Source: Gammaproteobacteria bacterium
GTDB taxonomy: Bacteria > Pseudomonadota > Gammaproteobacteria > Arenicellales > UBA868
DNA length: 64,000 bases
Reading direction: 5' to 3'
Assembly: GCA_022451485.1 (NCBI GenBank)
Contig: JAKUQS010000006.1
Location: forward strand, 23,648-87,647
In this document: piece by piece, positions 55,584-64,000 of the stretch
Layout of the letters: each line of letters begins with the position of its first letter
Position numbering within the stretch: position 1 is the first letter of the stretch
Notes under the pieces: model-generated
The model's input: only the letters and a program-made list of their open reading frames with translations
Databases searched by the model: none
Told to the model about the DNA's origin: nothing
Position numbers and translations under genes: made by a program

Positions 55584-57269
55584 TTAATTAGACAGGCCAT
55601 AATCGTTCATTGCAGAGCGTTCGCTAACTTTACGATTCCGCAGGTCATCTTGGACCGCTTCGCGATCACGACCGTTAGGATCGCCGTAGCCCCCACCACC
55701 TGCAGTTTCAACGATAAGTCGCTCACCTGAATGAACCATTGTGAAAAGTTTGGAGTTAACTACCTCTTCGGTACCATCTCGACGGACAATTTTAGAAAAG
55801 GCCTTGGCGCCGTCGCCGCCCCCTTGTGAGCCACGGGCTGCATGACGGTGGCGTTCACCACGATGGGTCAGTGCGATGTTGTCTGTTAAAAATTCTATTT
55901 CGCGCACGCAGCCCAGACCGCCGCGAAACTCCCCAACGCCGCCAGAGTCCGTTCGCAAACTCATTCGATGAACGCGGGCCGGCGCCTCCAACTCAAGAGC
56001 CTCCACCGGCATATTCATACAGTTGCTCCCGTCGGTTTCAATCACGTCGACGCCATCTTTTCTAGGTCCGCCTCCACTACCACCAGCATTAAACTCGCCC
56101 ACCACATAAGGTTTGCCCGATAGGTTTTTCCCACCCAGTGACAAAACCAATAATTCACCAGCGCTATCGGCGGGTATCTGTTCAGGAAGTGCGCCTTTCA
56201 ACGCACCCACAATACTGCCGGCAATGCGCTTGAGTGTCGCCGTGCGCGAATTTACTGGGGCGGGTTCCACGGGATTGACCAACGTGCCTTCTGGCAAATG
56301 GAGGCTAACAGGCCGAAAACAGCCGCCATTGGTCGGAATGGAACTATCGGTCACGGCTCGAACTGCGTAATAGGCCGCTGCCTGAGACCCAGACTTGACC
56401 GCATTAAAGGGACCCCGTGTCTGTGGGTCTGTACCTTCAAAGTCACAGTGGAGTTCGCTACCACTCACCGTAACCGCAACTTCGATCCTTACTGACTCAT
56501 CCAAATTAACGCCGTCATTATCCAGGTAATCAACATAACTATAGGTACCATCAGGTATTGCTTCCAACGCTTTTCGAGTCAACTGTTCGGATCGATCCAA
56601 CAGTTCATTGAATATTCTCAAGGTTTGGCCGTAACCGTATCGACCAGCAAGTTCAGCAACTCGGCGCGCGCCAACCGTACAAGCAGAGATTTGAGCGCCG
56701 ATATCGCCCATAAAAACCTGGGGGACACGAACATTCAATTTAAGCATCTCAACCAGCGTATGATTAAACTCGTTTCCTTCTCGGAGCTTTAGGGGAGGTA
56801 TTCGAATGCCTTCTTGATAGATTTCTGTCGCATTTGGCGGCACAGAACCAGGAGACATACCACCGACGTCCTGATGGTGTGTCATCGCCGCACTAAATGC
56901 TATGGGCCGCTCGTCAAAGAACACGGGCATCACGATCGCAATGTCAGGGAGATGGGTTCCACCGAGATAAGGATCATTCATAATATAGAGGTCGCCCGGT
57001 TTCATTTCATCCATGGGAAATGTTCGGGCAATAGTCTCGACAATCGGAATCAAAGTCGCCAAATGGATCGGAATCGCAATGGCTTGGGCAAGCGTTTCGC
57101 CATTCGGCGTAAATAGACTAGCCGATGCATCCAGACCTTCTTTGACAACGGTTGAAAAGGAACTCCGCAATAACGTTGATTGCATTTCGTTCGCGATGCC
57201 GTCTACCTTGTTTCGCACCACTTCAAGCGTTATCGGATCTGTCGTTGTAACATCGATCATTCGATTCAT
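55584..57269 (-). CDS. hyuB: Hydantoinase B/oxoprolinase family subunit (pair 6)
   Basis: DPITLEVVRNKVDGIANEMQSTLLRSSFSTVVKEGLD, NDPYLGGTHLPDIA and GGGGYGDP. Confidence 0.85.
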   Translation of the reverse strand: MNRMIDVTTTDPITLEVVRNKVDGIANEMQSTLLRSSFSTVVKEGLDASASLFTPNGETLAQAIAIPIHLATLIPIVETIARTFPMDEMKPGDLYIMNDPYLGGTHLPDIAIVMPVFFDERPIAFSAAMTHHQDVGGMSPGSVPPNATEIYQEGIRIPPLKLREGNEFNHTLVEMLKLNVRVPQVFMGDIGAQISACTVGARRVAELAGRYGYGQTLRIFNELLDRSEQLTRKALEAIPDGTYSYVDYLDNDGVNLDESVRIEVAVTVSGSELHCDFEGTDPQTRGPFNAVKSGSQAAAYYAVRAVTDSSIPTNGGCFRPVSLHLPEGTLVNPVEPAPVNSRTATLKRIAGSIVGALKGALPEQIPADSAGELLVLSLGGKNLSGKPYVVGEFNAGGSGGGPRKDGVDVIETDGSNCMNMPVEALELEAPARVHRMSLRTDSGGVGEFRGGLGCVREIEFLTDNIALTHRGERHRHAARGSQGGGDGAKAFSKIVRRDGTEEVVNSKLFTMVHSGERLIVETAGGGGYGDPNGRDREAVQDDLRNRKVSERSAMNDYGLSN

Positions 57270-57273
57270 GGCG

Positions 57274-59307
57274 TTATCCCTTTTTCAAGACCAGTTCACC
57301 GCTTTCAAGCGCCGTTGCCGTCCAACCCTCATGAAGGACTGTGGTCGTATCGGCTTGTTCAATTATAGCGGGCCTATCGATAACCGTTCCGACCGAAAGG
57401 CGTGCCCGATCCAGGATATCGACCTCAATTGAGGAGTCACTATTGAAAATCACTGAGCGACGCCCTTTCAATGGGTCTTCGTTGATCGGTTTAAGCAATA
57501 TTGGAGCTTCCGCTTCGTCACTACGGGCCCGGTGAACACTCCGTAAATTGACAATCCGGGCGGGCGACTCGGTGCTATATCCAAAAACCTGCTCATGGGC
57601 CCTAATAAAATCTCTATAAATTGAGTCACGTACGTTTGCATCGCTCATATCGACAATGATGTCTAGATAGTGGGACTGGCCCACATAACAGATATCTGCA
57701 GCATGAATCACCTCGACATTCTCAACGTCTTTTGCCTCCGCATCCATCAGACCGGAACACTGTTCATCCAAATCGTCAAATACCTTCTCAAGTGCTTGGG
57801 TCTCCGCCGCATCAAGATCACACGGGAAGCCAATCGATACTTCATGTTCAATAGGTGCTACCAGTAAACCTTCCGCTGACAAAACGCCGGGATGGCGGGG
57901 TACGATAACGGTTTCAATACTGAGTTCCTCAGCAAGCGGTATTCCATGAACCGGTCCCGCACCACCTAACGGCACGAGCGCAAAGTCCCTTGGATCATGG
58001 CCTTGACGTATTGATACTTGTCGCATGCCCTCGGCCATTTGCGCATTCACCACTCGATGAATTCCGAGCGCAGCCTGCTCGACGGACATTGATAGGGGGA
58101 TAGCGATGGTGTCTCGAATGACTTGTTCTGCAAGATGGCTATCTAACGAGACGGAACCCCCAGCAAAATATTCAGGGTTCAAAAATCCTAGCACAATCGA
58201 CGCATCGGTTACCGTAGCTAGCTGCCCCCCGCGGCCATAGCACGCGGGGCCTGGATCCGCGCCAGCTGACCTCGGCCCCACTCTCAGTCCCCCAGCCTCA
58301 TCGAGCCACGCGATACTGCCACCACCGGACCCAATCGCATTTACATCAACCATCGGAACGCGTACCGGATACCCGTCAATGCGACCTTCAGGTCGAACCA
58401 GGGGCTGGCCCCCGGCTACCAGGGCGATATCACAACTGGTTCCCCCAATATCCACCGTAATAAGGTCGTTCATTCCTGCGACCTGCCCGGCCCTACTCCC
58501 ACCAATCACTCCTGCGGCAGGCCCCGACAGAAATAATCTGACAGGTCGTTTAGTTGCGGTCTCGGCGGCACTGATACCCCCACGGGATTGCATTACCTGC
58601 AACGGAGCATTAACACCGAATCGGGATAAAGCAGATGCTAACTCTCCCAGGTATTCGCGAAGCACCGGTTTGGTATACGCATCAAACGCCGTGACCACAG
58701 TCCGTTCATATTCTCTAAATGCCGGATCGACGTCCGATGACAATGAAACCGATAGGTCAGGATATTCGGACTCGATAACCTCCCGCACTCGACGCTCATG
58801 TGTCGGGTTTAGAAAGGAAAATAAGAGACAAACCGCTACAGAGGTGACCCCCTCACTTCGCAATGTTTCAAGCGCCTGCCGCAGCGAGTTCTCATCCAGC
58901 GGCACAAGTATCTCCCCCTCACTCGACAGTCGCTCGATGACCTCCACCCGTCGGGCGCCTGGCGCGAGGAATACGGGTGTTTCAGGCTCTAACTCAAGCT
59001 CATAGATATCGGTCCGCATCTGCCGCCCAATCTCAAGCACATCGGCAAAACCGGCGGTCGTGATTAAACCGCTGTGCGCCCCTTTTCTTTCCAAAACCGC
59101 ATTGGTGGCCACTGTAGTGCCATGGACAAAGCGCCGAACTGACTGCACTTCATCGCCCGCGGCATCAAGAATCTGTCGCACACCATTCATCACCGCTTTC
59201 GACGGTTCACTAGGGGTGCTAGGCACCTTTAAAACCAAATCCGGGTGACCCGTCCGCCGACAGATCAGATCGGTGAAGGTGCCACCAGTATCTACGCCAA
59301 TATCCAT
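57274..59307 (-). CDS. hyuA: Hydantoinase/oxoprolinase A-type subunit (pair 6)
   Basis: MDIGVDTGGTFTDLICR, FVHGTTVATNAVLERKGAHSGLITTAGFADVLEIGR and DIGGTSCDIALV. Stop lies 4 nt before the hyuB ATG. Confidence 0.85.
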   Translation of the reverse strand: MDIGVDTGGTFTDLICRRTGHPDLVLKVPSTPSEPSKAVMNGVRQILDAAGDEVQSVRRFVHGTTVATNAVLERKGAHSGLITTAGFADVLEIGRQMRTDIYELELEPETPVFLAPGARRVEVIERLSSEGEILVPLDENSLRQALETLRSEGVTSVAVCLLFSFLNPTHERRVREVIESEYPDLSVSLSSDVDPAFREYERTVVTAFDAYTKPVLREYLGELASALSRFGVNAPLQVMQSRGGISAAETATKRPVRLFLSGPAAGVIGGSRAGQVAGMNDLITVDIGGTSCDIALVAGGQPLVRPEGRIDGYPVRVPMVDVNAIGSGGGSIAWLDEAGGLRVGPRSAGADPGPACYGRGGQLATVTDASIVLGFLNPEYFAGGSVSLDSHLAEQVIRDTIAIPLSMSVEQAALGIHRVVNAQMAEGMRQVSIRQGHDPRDFALVPLGGAGPVHGIPLAEELSIETVIVPRHPGVLSAEGLLVAPIEHEVSIGFPCDLDAAETQALEKVFDDLDEQCSGLMDAEAKDVENVEVIHAADICYVGQSHYLDIIVDMSDANVRDSIYRDFIRAHEQVFGYSTESPARIVNLRSVHRARSDEAEAPILLKPINEDPLKGRRSVIFNSDSSIEVDILDRARLSVGTVIDRPAIIEQADTTTVLHEGWTATALESGELVLKKG

Positions 59308-59419
59308 CAGACCAACTGTCCAATCATGAGCCCGCCCAAGGATAACTGTCTAAGACTCGGATAAAAACCACCAAACCATCGGTAGATTAGAAATCGGTGC
59401 CTTCAAAAGCCATTCTCTA

Positions 59420-60613
59420 TTACCTGAGAAAATCATACCGCCCAACCGCCGCCGGTGCCTCAGCCGCATCCAAGCCCAACTCCTTACGAACCAGGTTAAC
59501 CCCCTTTACCAGGGACACCATTTTATAAAATGCATGCATACGACTCATTCCTTGACGACCAAATCCACAATCACTGCTAATCAACAACCGATCGAGATCT
59601 ATAAATTCCAACGCTCGCTTAATCAAAGCCGCAACCTCATGCGGTGTTTCAACCTGCAATGTCCGATGCGTCACTGCCCCAATACAAATTTTCTTATCCC
59701 GTCCGATTCCGGATGCAATGACTTCCAATTCTGCACCTTTGTTATCGGCCGTCTCAAATGTCACAACATCAACATCCAATTGATCCAGGTACGGCAATAT
59801 CGCCTCGTAGCTGTAGTTGGCCTCAACCTTCTGCGCCAACGGATTACCCCAACAAGTGTGACACCAGACCTCAAGTCGATCCCGTAAACCGGCGACCTCT
59901 CGATTGAATGCCCTAACATAATCATCGAGTGAGATTTCCCACACGCTATCCGCCACAAAATGAAGACAGGGTTCTTCCACTTGTAAAATCTGGGCTCCTG
60001 CGTCAGCGACTGCATGGTATTCCTCATTAAGCGCATCCGAAAACCCCATCACCGCATCGATTGAGTTTTGGTAGTGATCGTTTACCGAGTTTTTATGTAC
60101 CATTTGCCCGCAGCATGAACCAATCTTGACCGGATGCTCAGTAAGCCGCTGGGCAGCCTTAAAAATTGCATCGTATTGCAGAGAACCTCGGCCAACTGGC
60201 CCAAGAATGCGCGGTGGCAATCGCGACTCCATCACCTCATGCAAAATGTCGCCCGGCGCATCAACACGTTTGACCGAGCCGCTATCATCACGGGGTGCCC
60301 ACTCGTTGCCGCCAGGACGCATCGCGATGTCACCCAATCCATCCATACGCTCAAATAAATAACCGAACCAAGAGCGTCCACCGATATCATTATCGAATCT
60401 CATATCACCGTCCGTAACGATATCCAGTCCCGCCCTGACTTGATCACCAATAACGGCCGTGACCGCGTCGAAATATTGTTCCCGAAACTGATAATCAGAC
60501 CCCATCGCTTCTAAGAACGGGCGCCGCGACAGACCCTCTGTAAACCACGAGGGTCTCGGTAATGAGCCAGTGATGGTTGTCGCCAAAGGTCTGTTGTTGC
60601 TTACGGTGAACAT
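59420..60613 (-). CDS. Cobalamin-independent methionine-synthase (MetE C-terminal domain)-like protein, UroD-like fold
   Basis: TTITGSLPRPSWF N-terminus resembles the MetE catalytic-domain start. 397 aa, with a Cys/His-containing C-terminal region (SSDCGFG) consistent with Zn-dependent alkyl-transfer enzymes of this family. Confidence 0.5.
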   Translation of the reverse strand: MFTVSNNRPLATTITGSLPRPSWFTEGLSRRPFLEAMGSDYQFREQYFDAVTAVIGDQVRAGLDIVTDGDMRFDNDIGGRSWFGYLFERMDGLGDIAMRPGGNEWAPRDDSGSVKRVDAPGDILHEVMESRLPPRILGPVGRGSLQYDAIFKAAQRLTEHPVKIGSCCGQMVHKNSVNDHYQNSIDAVMGFSDALNEEYHAVADAGAQILQVEEPCLHFVADSVWEISLDDYVRAFNREVAGLRDRLEVWCHTCWGNPLAQKVEANYSYEAILPYLDQLDVDVVTFETADNKGAELEVIASGIGRDKKICIGAVTHRTLQVETPHEVAALIKRALEFIDLDRLLISSDCGFGRQGMSRMHAFYKMVSLVKGVNLVRKELGLDAAEAPAAVGRYDFLR

Positions 60614-60681
60614 CGGCTTACTCCCATCTTTCCTACCTCTTTATTAACCTAGGCTACCACTTTGCAAGCAGTGCACGATCA

Positions 60682-61464
60682 CTATGCAGCCTGATACCGT
60701 GGGATACCAAGCGTCAGTCCACCATCTGCCAGCAGGACGCTGCCGGTACAGTAGCTGGCCTGACTGCTAAGCAAGAATTCTATCAACGCCGTGATTTCAT
60801 GCACCTCGCCAATTCGCCCCGTTGGTATGGACGTGAGCTTTGCTGCGTGTTCGGCAGCACCCTGAACCTTCGCAGCATCTAAAACGGTTTCCGTCCCAAT
60901 TACACCAGGTGCGACCGCGTTAACGCGAATACCATATGGTGCAAGTTCGAGCGCCATATCTCGAGTGAGCTGGGTTAATCCTGCCTTGGAAGGACCATAA
61001 TGCGCCACGCCAGGTCGGCAGAAAGTTGCCGACGTAGATGTTACGTTAACAATGCTGCCCGGGATTTTGTCTGCCACCATCAGGCGAGCAACAGACTGCG
61101 CCATAATGAAGGATCCGCGAAGGTTAGTGTTTAGTACCTGATCCCATTCTTCTACCGCAATGTCCAGGAAAGCGGTCACAGGATAAATGCCGGCACAGTT
61201 CACCAGGCCTTTAATCATCCCTATTTCTTCGCGAATCATCTCGACCGTTTTTGCGGCAACGTCAACATCACAGACATCTAAACAACGGCACACCAAAGAC
61301 GCCGAAGAATCGTTGTAGACCTTGTTTAATTTGCCCTCATCACGATCTAACGCGATGACTCGTTCACCCTTCTCTACAAGCGATTGCGCTAGATCACACC
61401 CTATCCCTGAAGCGGCTCCGGTAACCAAAACCCAGTTATTACCATCTGAATTATCGATACCCAT
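60682..61464 (-). CDS. SDR family oxidoreductase
   Basis: VLVTGAASGIG and NCAGI regions, plus a YxxxK catalytic region (YGPSKAG). Confidence 0.8.
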   Translation of the reverse strand: MGIDNSDGNNWVLVTGAASGIGCDLAQSLVEKGERVIALDRDEGKLNKVYNDSSASLVCRCLDVCDVDVAAKTVEMIREEIGMIKGLVNCAGIYPVTAFLDIAVEEWDQVLNTNLRGSFIMAQSVARLMVADKIPGSIVNVTSTSATFCRPGVAHYGPSKAGLTQLTRDMALELAPYGIRVNAVAPGVIGTETVLDAAKVQGAAEHAAKLTSIPTGRIGEVHEITALIEFLLSSQASYCTGSVLLADGGLTLGIPRYQAA

Positions 61465-61512
61465 GCAATCTCCCTATATCTTCGTCGTCAATATTCATGG
61501 ACAAGACTAATA

Positions 61513-62274
61513 TCAGGTAATCCATTGAAATCCGTCAACCGTGATGGCTTGACCATTGATAAAGTTCGGTTCCACACTAGCCAAAAACGCAACCACTTCA
61601 CCAATATCTTCCGGAGTCCCTAAACGCTGGAGGCTAATTCCCTCGGTAAATTCAGCTGAACGTTCGTCAAGCATTTTGCCGGTTAGCTCCGTTTTAATAG
61701 CGCCCGGACAAACTGCGTTCACGGTGATCGAGGGACCTAGTTCTTTAGCCAGCGAGCGTGTCATCCCCAAGATACCGGCTTTAGCGGCGGCATAAGCAAA
61801 TTTGCTGACCGCCCGTGTCACACCCCCGCTATAAGCACTTATTGACGAAATATTGACAATCCGGCCTGAACCACTGCGTAACATGGACGGGACGACAGCG
61901 CGACTCCAATTGAAACAGCCTTTAAGATGCACGTTAATGGTTCGGTCCCACTCAGCCTCACTGATATCCAACAAACCCTTTGGCATTGGCGTCCCAGCGT
62001 TGTTAACCAGTACATCAATCGACTCATAACGGGTCAGAATATCGTCTACAACCTCTTGAGCCCTTTCAAAAAGACTGACATCGGCCATGAATGACTCGGC
62101 ATGCACTCCCTTCGCGGCCAACGTAGCGGTTGAGCGTTTTAACTCCTCGTCGAGAACATCGACAAGAACGATGTCAAAACCTTTTGTCACAAGAGCCTTG
62201 GCGCAGCCTAGCCCGATGCCCCTCGCGCCACCAGTCACAACTGCAACTGAGTTACCGTGATTGCGTTTATTCAT
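61513..62274 (-). CDS. SDR family oxidoreductase (3-oxoacyl-reductase-like)
   Basis: VAVVTGGARGIG and NNAG, with the catalytic Tyr/Lys region YAAAKAGILGMTRSLAKE. Confidence 0.8.
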   Translation of the reverse strand: MNKRNHGNSVAVVTGGARGIGLGCAKALVTKGFDIVLVDVLDEELKRSTATLAAKGVHAESFMADVSLFERAQEVVDDILTRYESIDVLVNNAGTPMPKGLLDISEAEWDRTINVHLKGCFNWSRAVVPSMLRSGSGRIVNISSISAYSGGVTRAVSKFAYAAAKAGILGMTRSLAKELGPSITVNAVCPGAIKTELTGKMLDERSAEFTEGISLQRLGTPEDIGEVVAFLASVEPNFINGQAITVDGFQWIT

Positions 62275-62291
62275 AATTTCGCATTAAGCAC

Positions 62292-62326
62292 TGTATTGTG
62301 CGTGATTTGTCGATTGTGTATTGTCC
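62292..62326. promoter_or_regulatory. Cluster of short ATTGTG / TATTGT direct repeats in divergent promoter region
   Basis: tgTATTGTGcgtgATTTGTcgATTGTGTATTGTcc sits between the divergent SDR (61513-62274) and the FAD-oxidoreductase gene (62450). It is a possible operator, although no regulator gene is present in the window. Confidence 0.2.
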
Positions 62327-62449
62327 GAGTCTAACCAGACGAGAACATCCTGCACACAAAACCGCTATACCGAGCAGGGATTTTGCACAACATTATAAAA
62401 AGATACCCCCAACAGCCACTAACAAAGTTGATTGCCGCACGCACCTTAA

Positions 62450-63784
62450 ATGCCTCCGATTCCTGATCCAGTTCCCACAGACACAGAAGTACCGCATGAA
62501 ACTGAGGTGGTTGTCATTGGCGGGGGAATTATCGGTGTATGTGCTTCGCTGACGCTCGCTGAACAAGGGATCCCCGTTGTCTTATTCGAGAAAGGCGAAA
62601 TTGCAGCTGAACAGTCCTCAAGGAATTGGGGATGGTGCCGTCAACAAGGGCGCGACCCGAGAGAAATACCGTTGATTGTCCAATCCCTAAACCTGTGGCG
62701 AAGCATGAACAGCCGTATACAGCGAAATGTTGGATTTACCGAATGCGGAATTTTGACCCTTGCCCAGAGCGATACCGAACTCGAAAAACACCGTGCGTGG
62801 GCATCCCTTGGCGAAGACCATGGCATCAAGAACAAACTATTACTCGGCCCCGAGGTCACGCAACATCTTACGGACTGCGCGACTACCTGGGCCGGTGGTT
62901 TGTTTACGCCGTCGGATGGACGTGCTGAGCCAACCCTTGCAGCACCTGCCATTGCATTAGCGGCCAGAAGTTTAGGTGCCAAGATCTTCACCAATACGGC
63001 GGTGCGAACCATTGACACGCAAAGCGGTTGCGTCGATGGAGTCGTTACTGAACATGGACGAATTAAATGCAAAACGGTCGTCGTAGCGGCTGGCGCATGG
63101 ACTGGTTTATTTCTGCGTAATTTAGGAATTCGACTCCCACAACTGAAAGTGCGTTCATCTGCTTTTAGAACTCATCCTATGCCCGGTGGCCCAGAAATCT
63201 CCATTTATGCATCAGGCTTTGCTGCACGGAAGCGATCCGATGGCGGCTATACCATAGCGCTTGGTGGACGGACTCGCATACCTTATGACATCACTCCTGA
63301 TTCATTCCGATATTTGCGGGAATTTGCTTCCTTGGCATGGATGAGTCGAAAGAGTCTACGCTTGCGACTCTCCGATCGCTTTACCAAAGAGAAACGTTAT
63401 GCATCGCGCTGGGCTGCTGAAAGTCCAACGGTGTTCGAAGATGAACGAATACTGAATCCAGCGCCGGTTGTTAATCTGCTACAACAAGCCCAACAAAATA
63501 TTGGGGTTTCCTTTCCGTTTTTCAAGCAGATGTCGATCGCCGAGCAGTGGGCCGGCATGATCGATGTTACGCCCGATGCCATCCCAGTCATCTCGGAGAC
63601 GCCGGACCTGCCGGGGTGTGTCATAGCGACCGGGTTTTCTGGCCACGGCTTTGGAATAGGACCCGCAGCAGGCGAATTTGCCGCGCACTTGGCGCTAGGC
63701 CAAAAACCGCTAGTCGATCCAAAGCCTTTTCGACTGCAACGATTTTCCGATGGCAGTCCGATTACACCTATTGCCGGTATATAA
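62450..63784 (+). CDS. FAD-dependent oxidoreductase, DAO family (sarcosine/glycine/D-amino-acid-oxidase-like)
   Basis: VVVIGGGIIGVCASLTLAEQGIPVVLFEKGE dinucleotide-binding motif plus the RNWGW segment common in the DAO family. 444 aa. No clear RBS before the ATG at 62450. Confidence 0.7.
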   Translation: MPPIPDPVPTDTEVPHETEVVVIGGGIIGVCASLTLAEQGIPVVLFEKGEIAAEQSSRNWGWCRQQGRDPREIPLIVQSLNLWRSMNSRIQRNVGFTECGILTLAQSDTELEKHRAWASLGEDHGIKNKLLLGPEVTQHLTDCATTWAGGLFTPSDGRAEPTLAAPAIALAARSLGAKIFTNTAVRTIDTQSGCVDGVVTEHGRIKCKTVVVAAGAWTGLFLRNLGIRLPQLKVRSSAFRTHPMPGGPEISIYASGFAARKRSDGGYTIALGGRTRIPYDITPDSFRYLREFASLAWMSRKSLRLRLSDRFTKEKRYASRWAAESPTVFEDERILNPAPVVNLLQQAQQNIGVSFPFFKQMSIAEQWAGMIDVTPDAIPVISETPDLPGCVIATGFSGHGFGIGPAAGEFAAHLALGQKPLVDPKPFRLQRFSDGSPITPIAGI

Positions 63785-63826
63785 CCAACTACATTCTATT
63801 GCAGTAATACAAAGGGTTTACAAATC

Positions 63827-64000
63827 ATGAACGACGAATCACAGCCATGGGCATGGGATGAACCCCACTGGCGCAATCTGGTAAATCAAGTCCGAGCCGG
63901 TCGAAACCTGCTACCAAAACAATGGCCTAATGACGCAAGCGTTGCTATCGCACTTTCATTCGACTCCGATCACGAAACCAATGAGTTACGTGACGGCGGC
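63827..64000 (+). CDS. Polysaccharide-deacetylase-like protein, 5' partial (continues beyond window)
   Basis: MNDESQPWAWDEPHWRNLVNQVRAGRNLLPKQWPNDASVAIALSFDSDHETNELRDGG. The SFDSDHE segment resembles NodB motif 1 of PuuE-type deacetylases/allantoinases. AAAGGG lies 10 nt upstream. Only 58 codons are visible. Confidence 0.4.
   Translation, partial: MNDESQPWAWDEPHWRNLVNQVRAGRNLLPKQWPNDASVAIALSFDSDHETNELRDGG

Noticed and set aside
58379-59005. 208-aa ORF on + strand (Arg/Ser/Thr-rich) inside the hyuA gene at 57274-59307
   Set aside because: It is entirely antisense to a well-supported HyuA coding region. The composition is typical of a spurious frame and it has no recognisable domain or RBS.
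1-64000. Searched for CRISPR repeats, tRNA-like structures, IS inverted repeats, integrase or transposase genes and prophage genes
   Set aside because: No regularly spaced direct repeats, no cloverleaf-like segments in intergenic regions, and no recombinase-like ORFs were seen. The only tandem repeat found is the in-frame 87-nt duplication inside the flotillin gene.

Overview
This 64-kb window reads as a dense catabolic island. It is almost entirely protein-coding, on both strands. I found no rRNA, tRNA, CRISPR array, transposase or integrase, and no recognisable transcriptional regulator. GC looks to be around 50% and gene content suggests a proteobacterium, possibly marine; I cannot assign a taxon from sequence alone.

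The dominant feature is six paralogous, translationally coupled hyuA/hyuB pairs. These belong to the ATP-dependent hydantoinase / 5-oxoprolinase / acetone- and acetophenone-carboxylase / caprolactamase superfamily. The pairs sit at 551-4271(-), 19051-23334(+), 26266-30617(+), 39554-43781(-), 44707-48580(-) and 55584-59307(-).

Around them are:
- a TRAP transporter (dctPQM) with an N-formylglutamate-amidohydrolase-family gene and an L-carnitine-dehydrogenase-like gene;
- a beta-oxidation-like block: split MFE-2-type dehydrogenase plus hydratase 2, family III CoA-transferase/racemase, HMG-CoA-synthase-like::DUF35 fusion, SCPx thiolase, and a convergent acyl-CoA synthetase;
- three isochorismatase-family genes, two of which are cysteine hydrolases, each next to a hyuAB pair;
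- a PotABCD-type ABC transporter whose binding protein has a Tat signal;
- an unusually long (854 aa) flotillin/SPFH protein with internal tandem repeats;
- a second enzyme block: TauD-like dioxygenase, SDRs, a possible N,N-dimethylformamidase-large-subunit-like protein, an MlrC/M81 peptidase, an OYE flavoreductase, a MetE-like protein, a DAO-family FAD oxidoreductase and a polysaccharide-deacetylase-like gene.

The most novel-looking signal is an ~80-aa domain of unknown function that occurs three times in this window, each time tied to HyuB. It is a standalone 146-151 aa protein at 24312-24752, an N-terminal extension of the HyuB at 28326, and a C-terminal extension of the HyuB at 39554. That pattern is Rosetta-stone evidence for a new accessory subunit or domain of these ATP-dependent enzymes. 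A remote Rad52-N-terminal-like pattern is visible in it, but that is speculative.

Other points of note are a divergent HyuA that has lost the conserved HGTTVATN motif, an HyuA with a ~110-aa disordered N-terminal extension, and paralogous small 4-TM membrane proteins next to hyuAB pairs.
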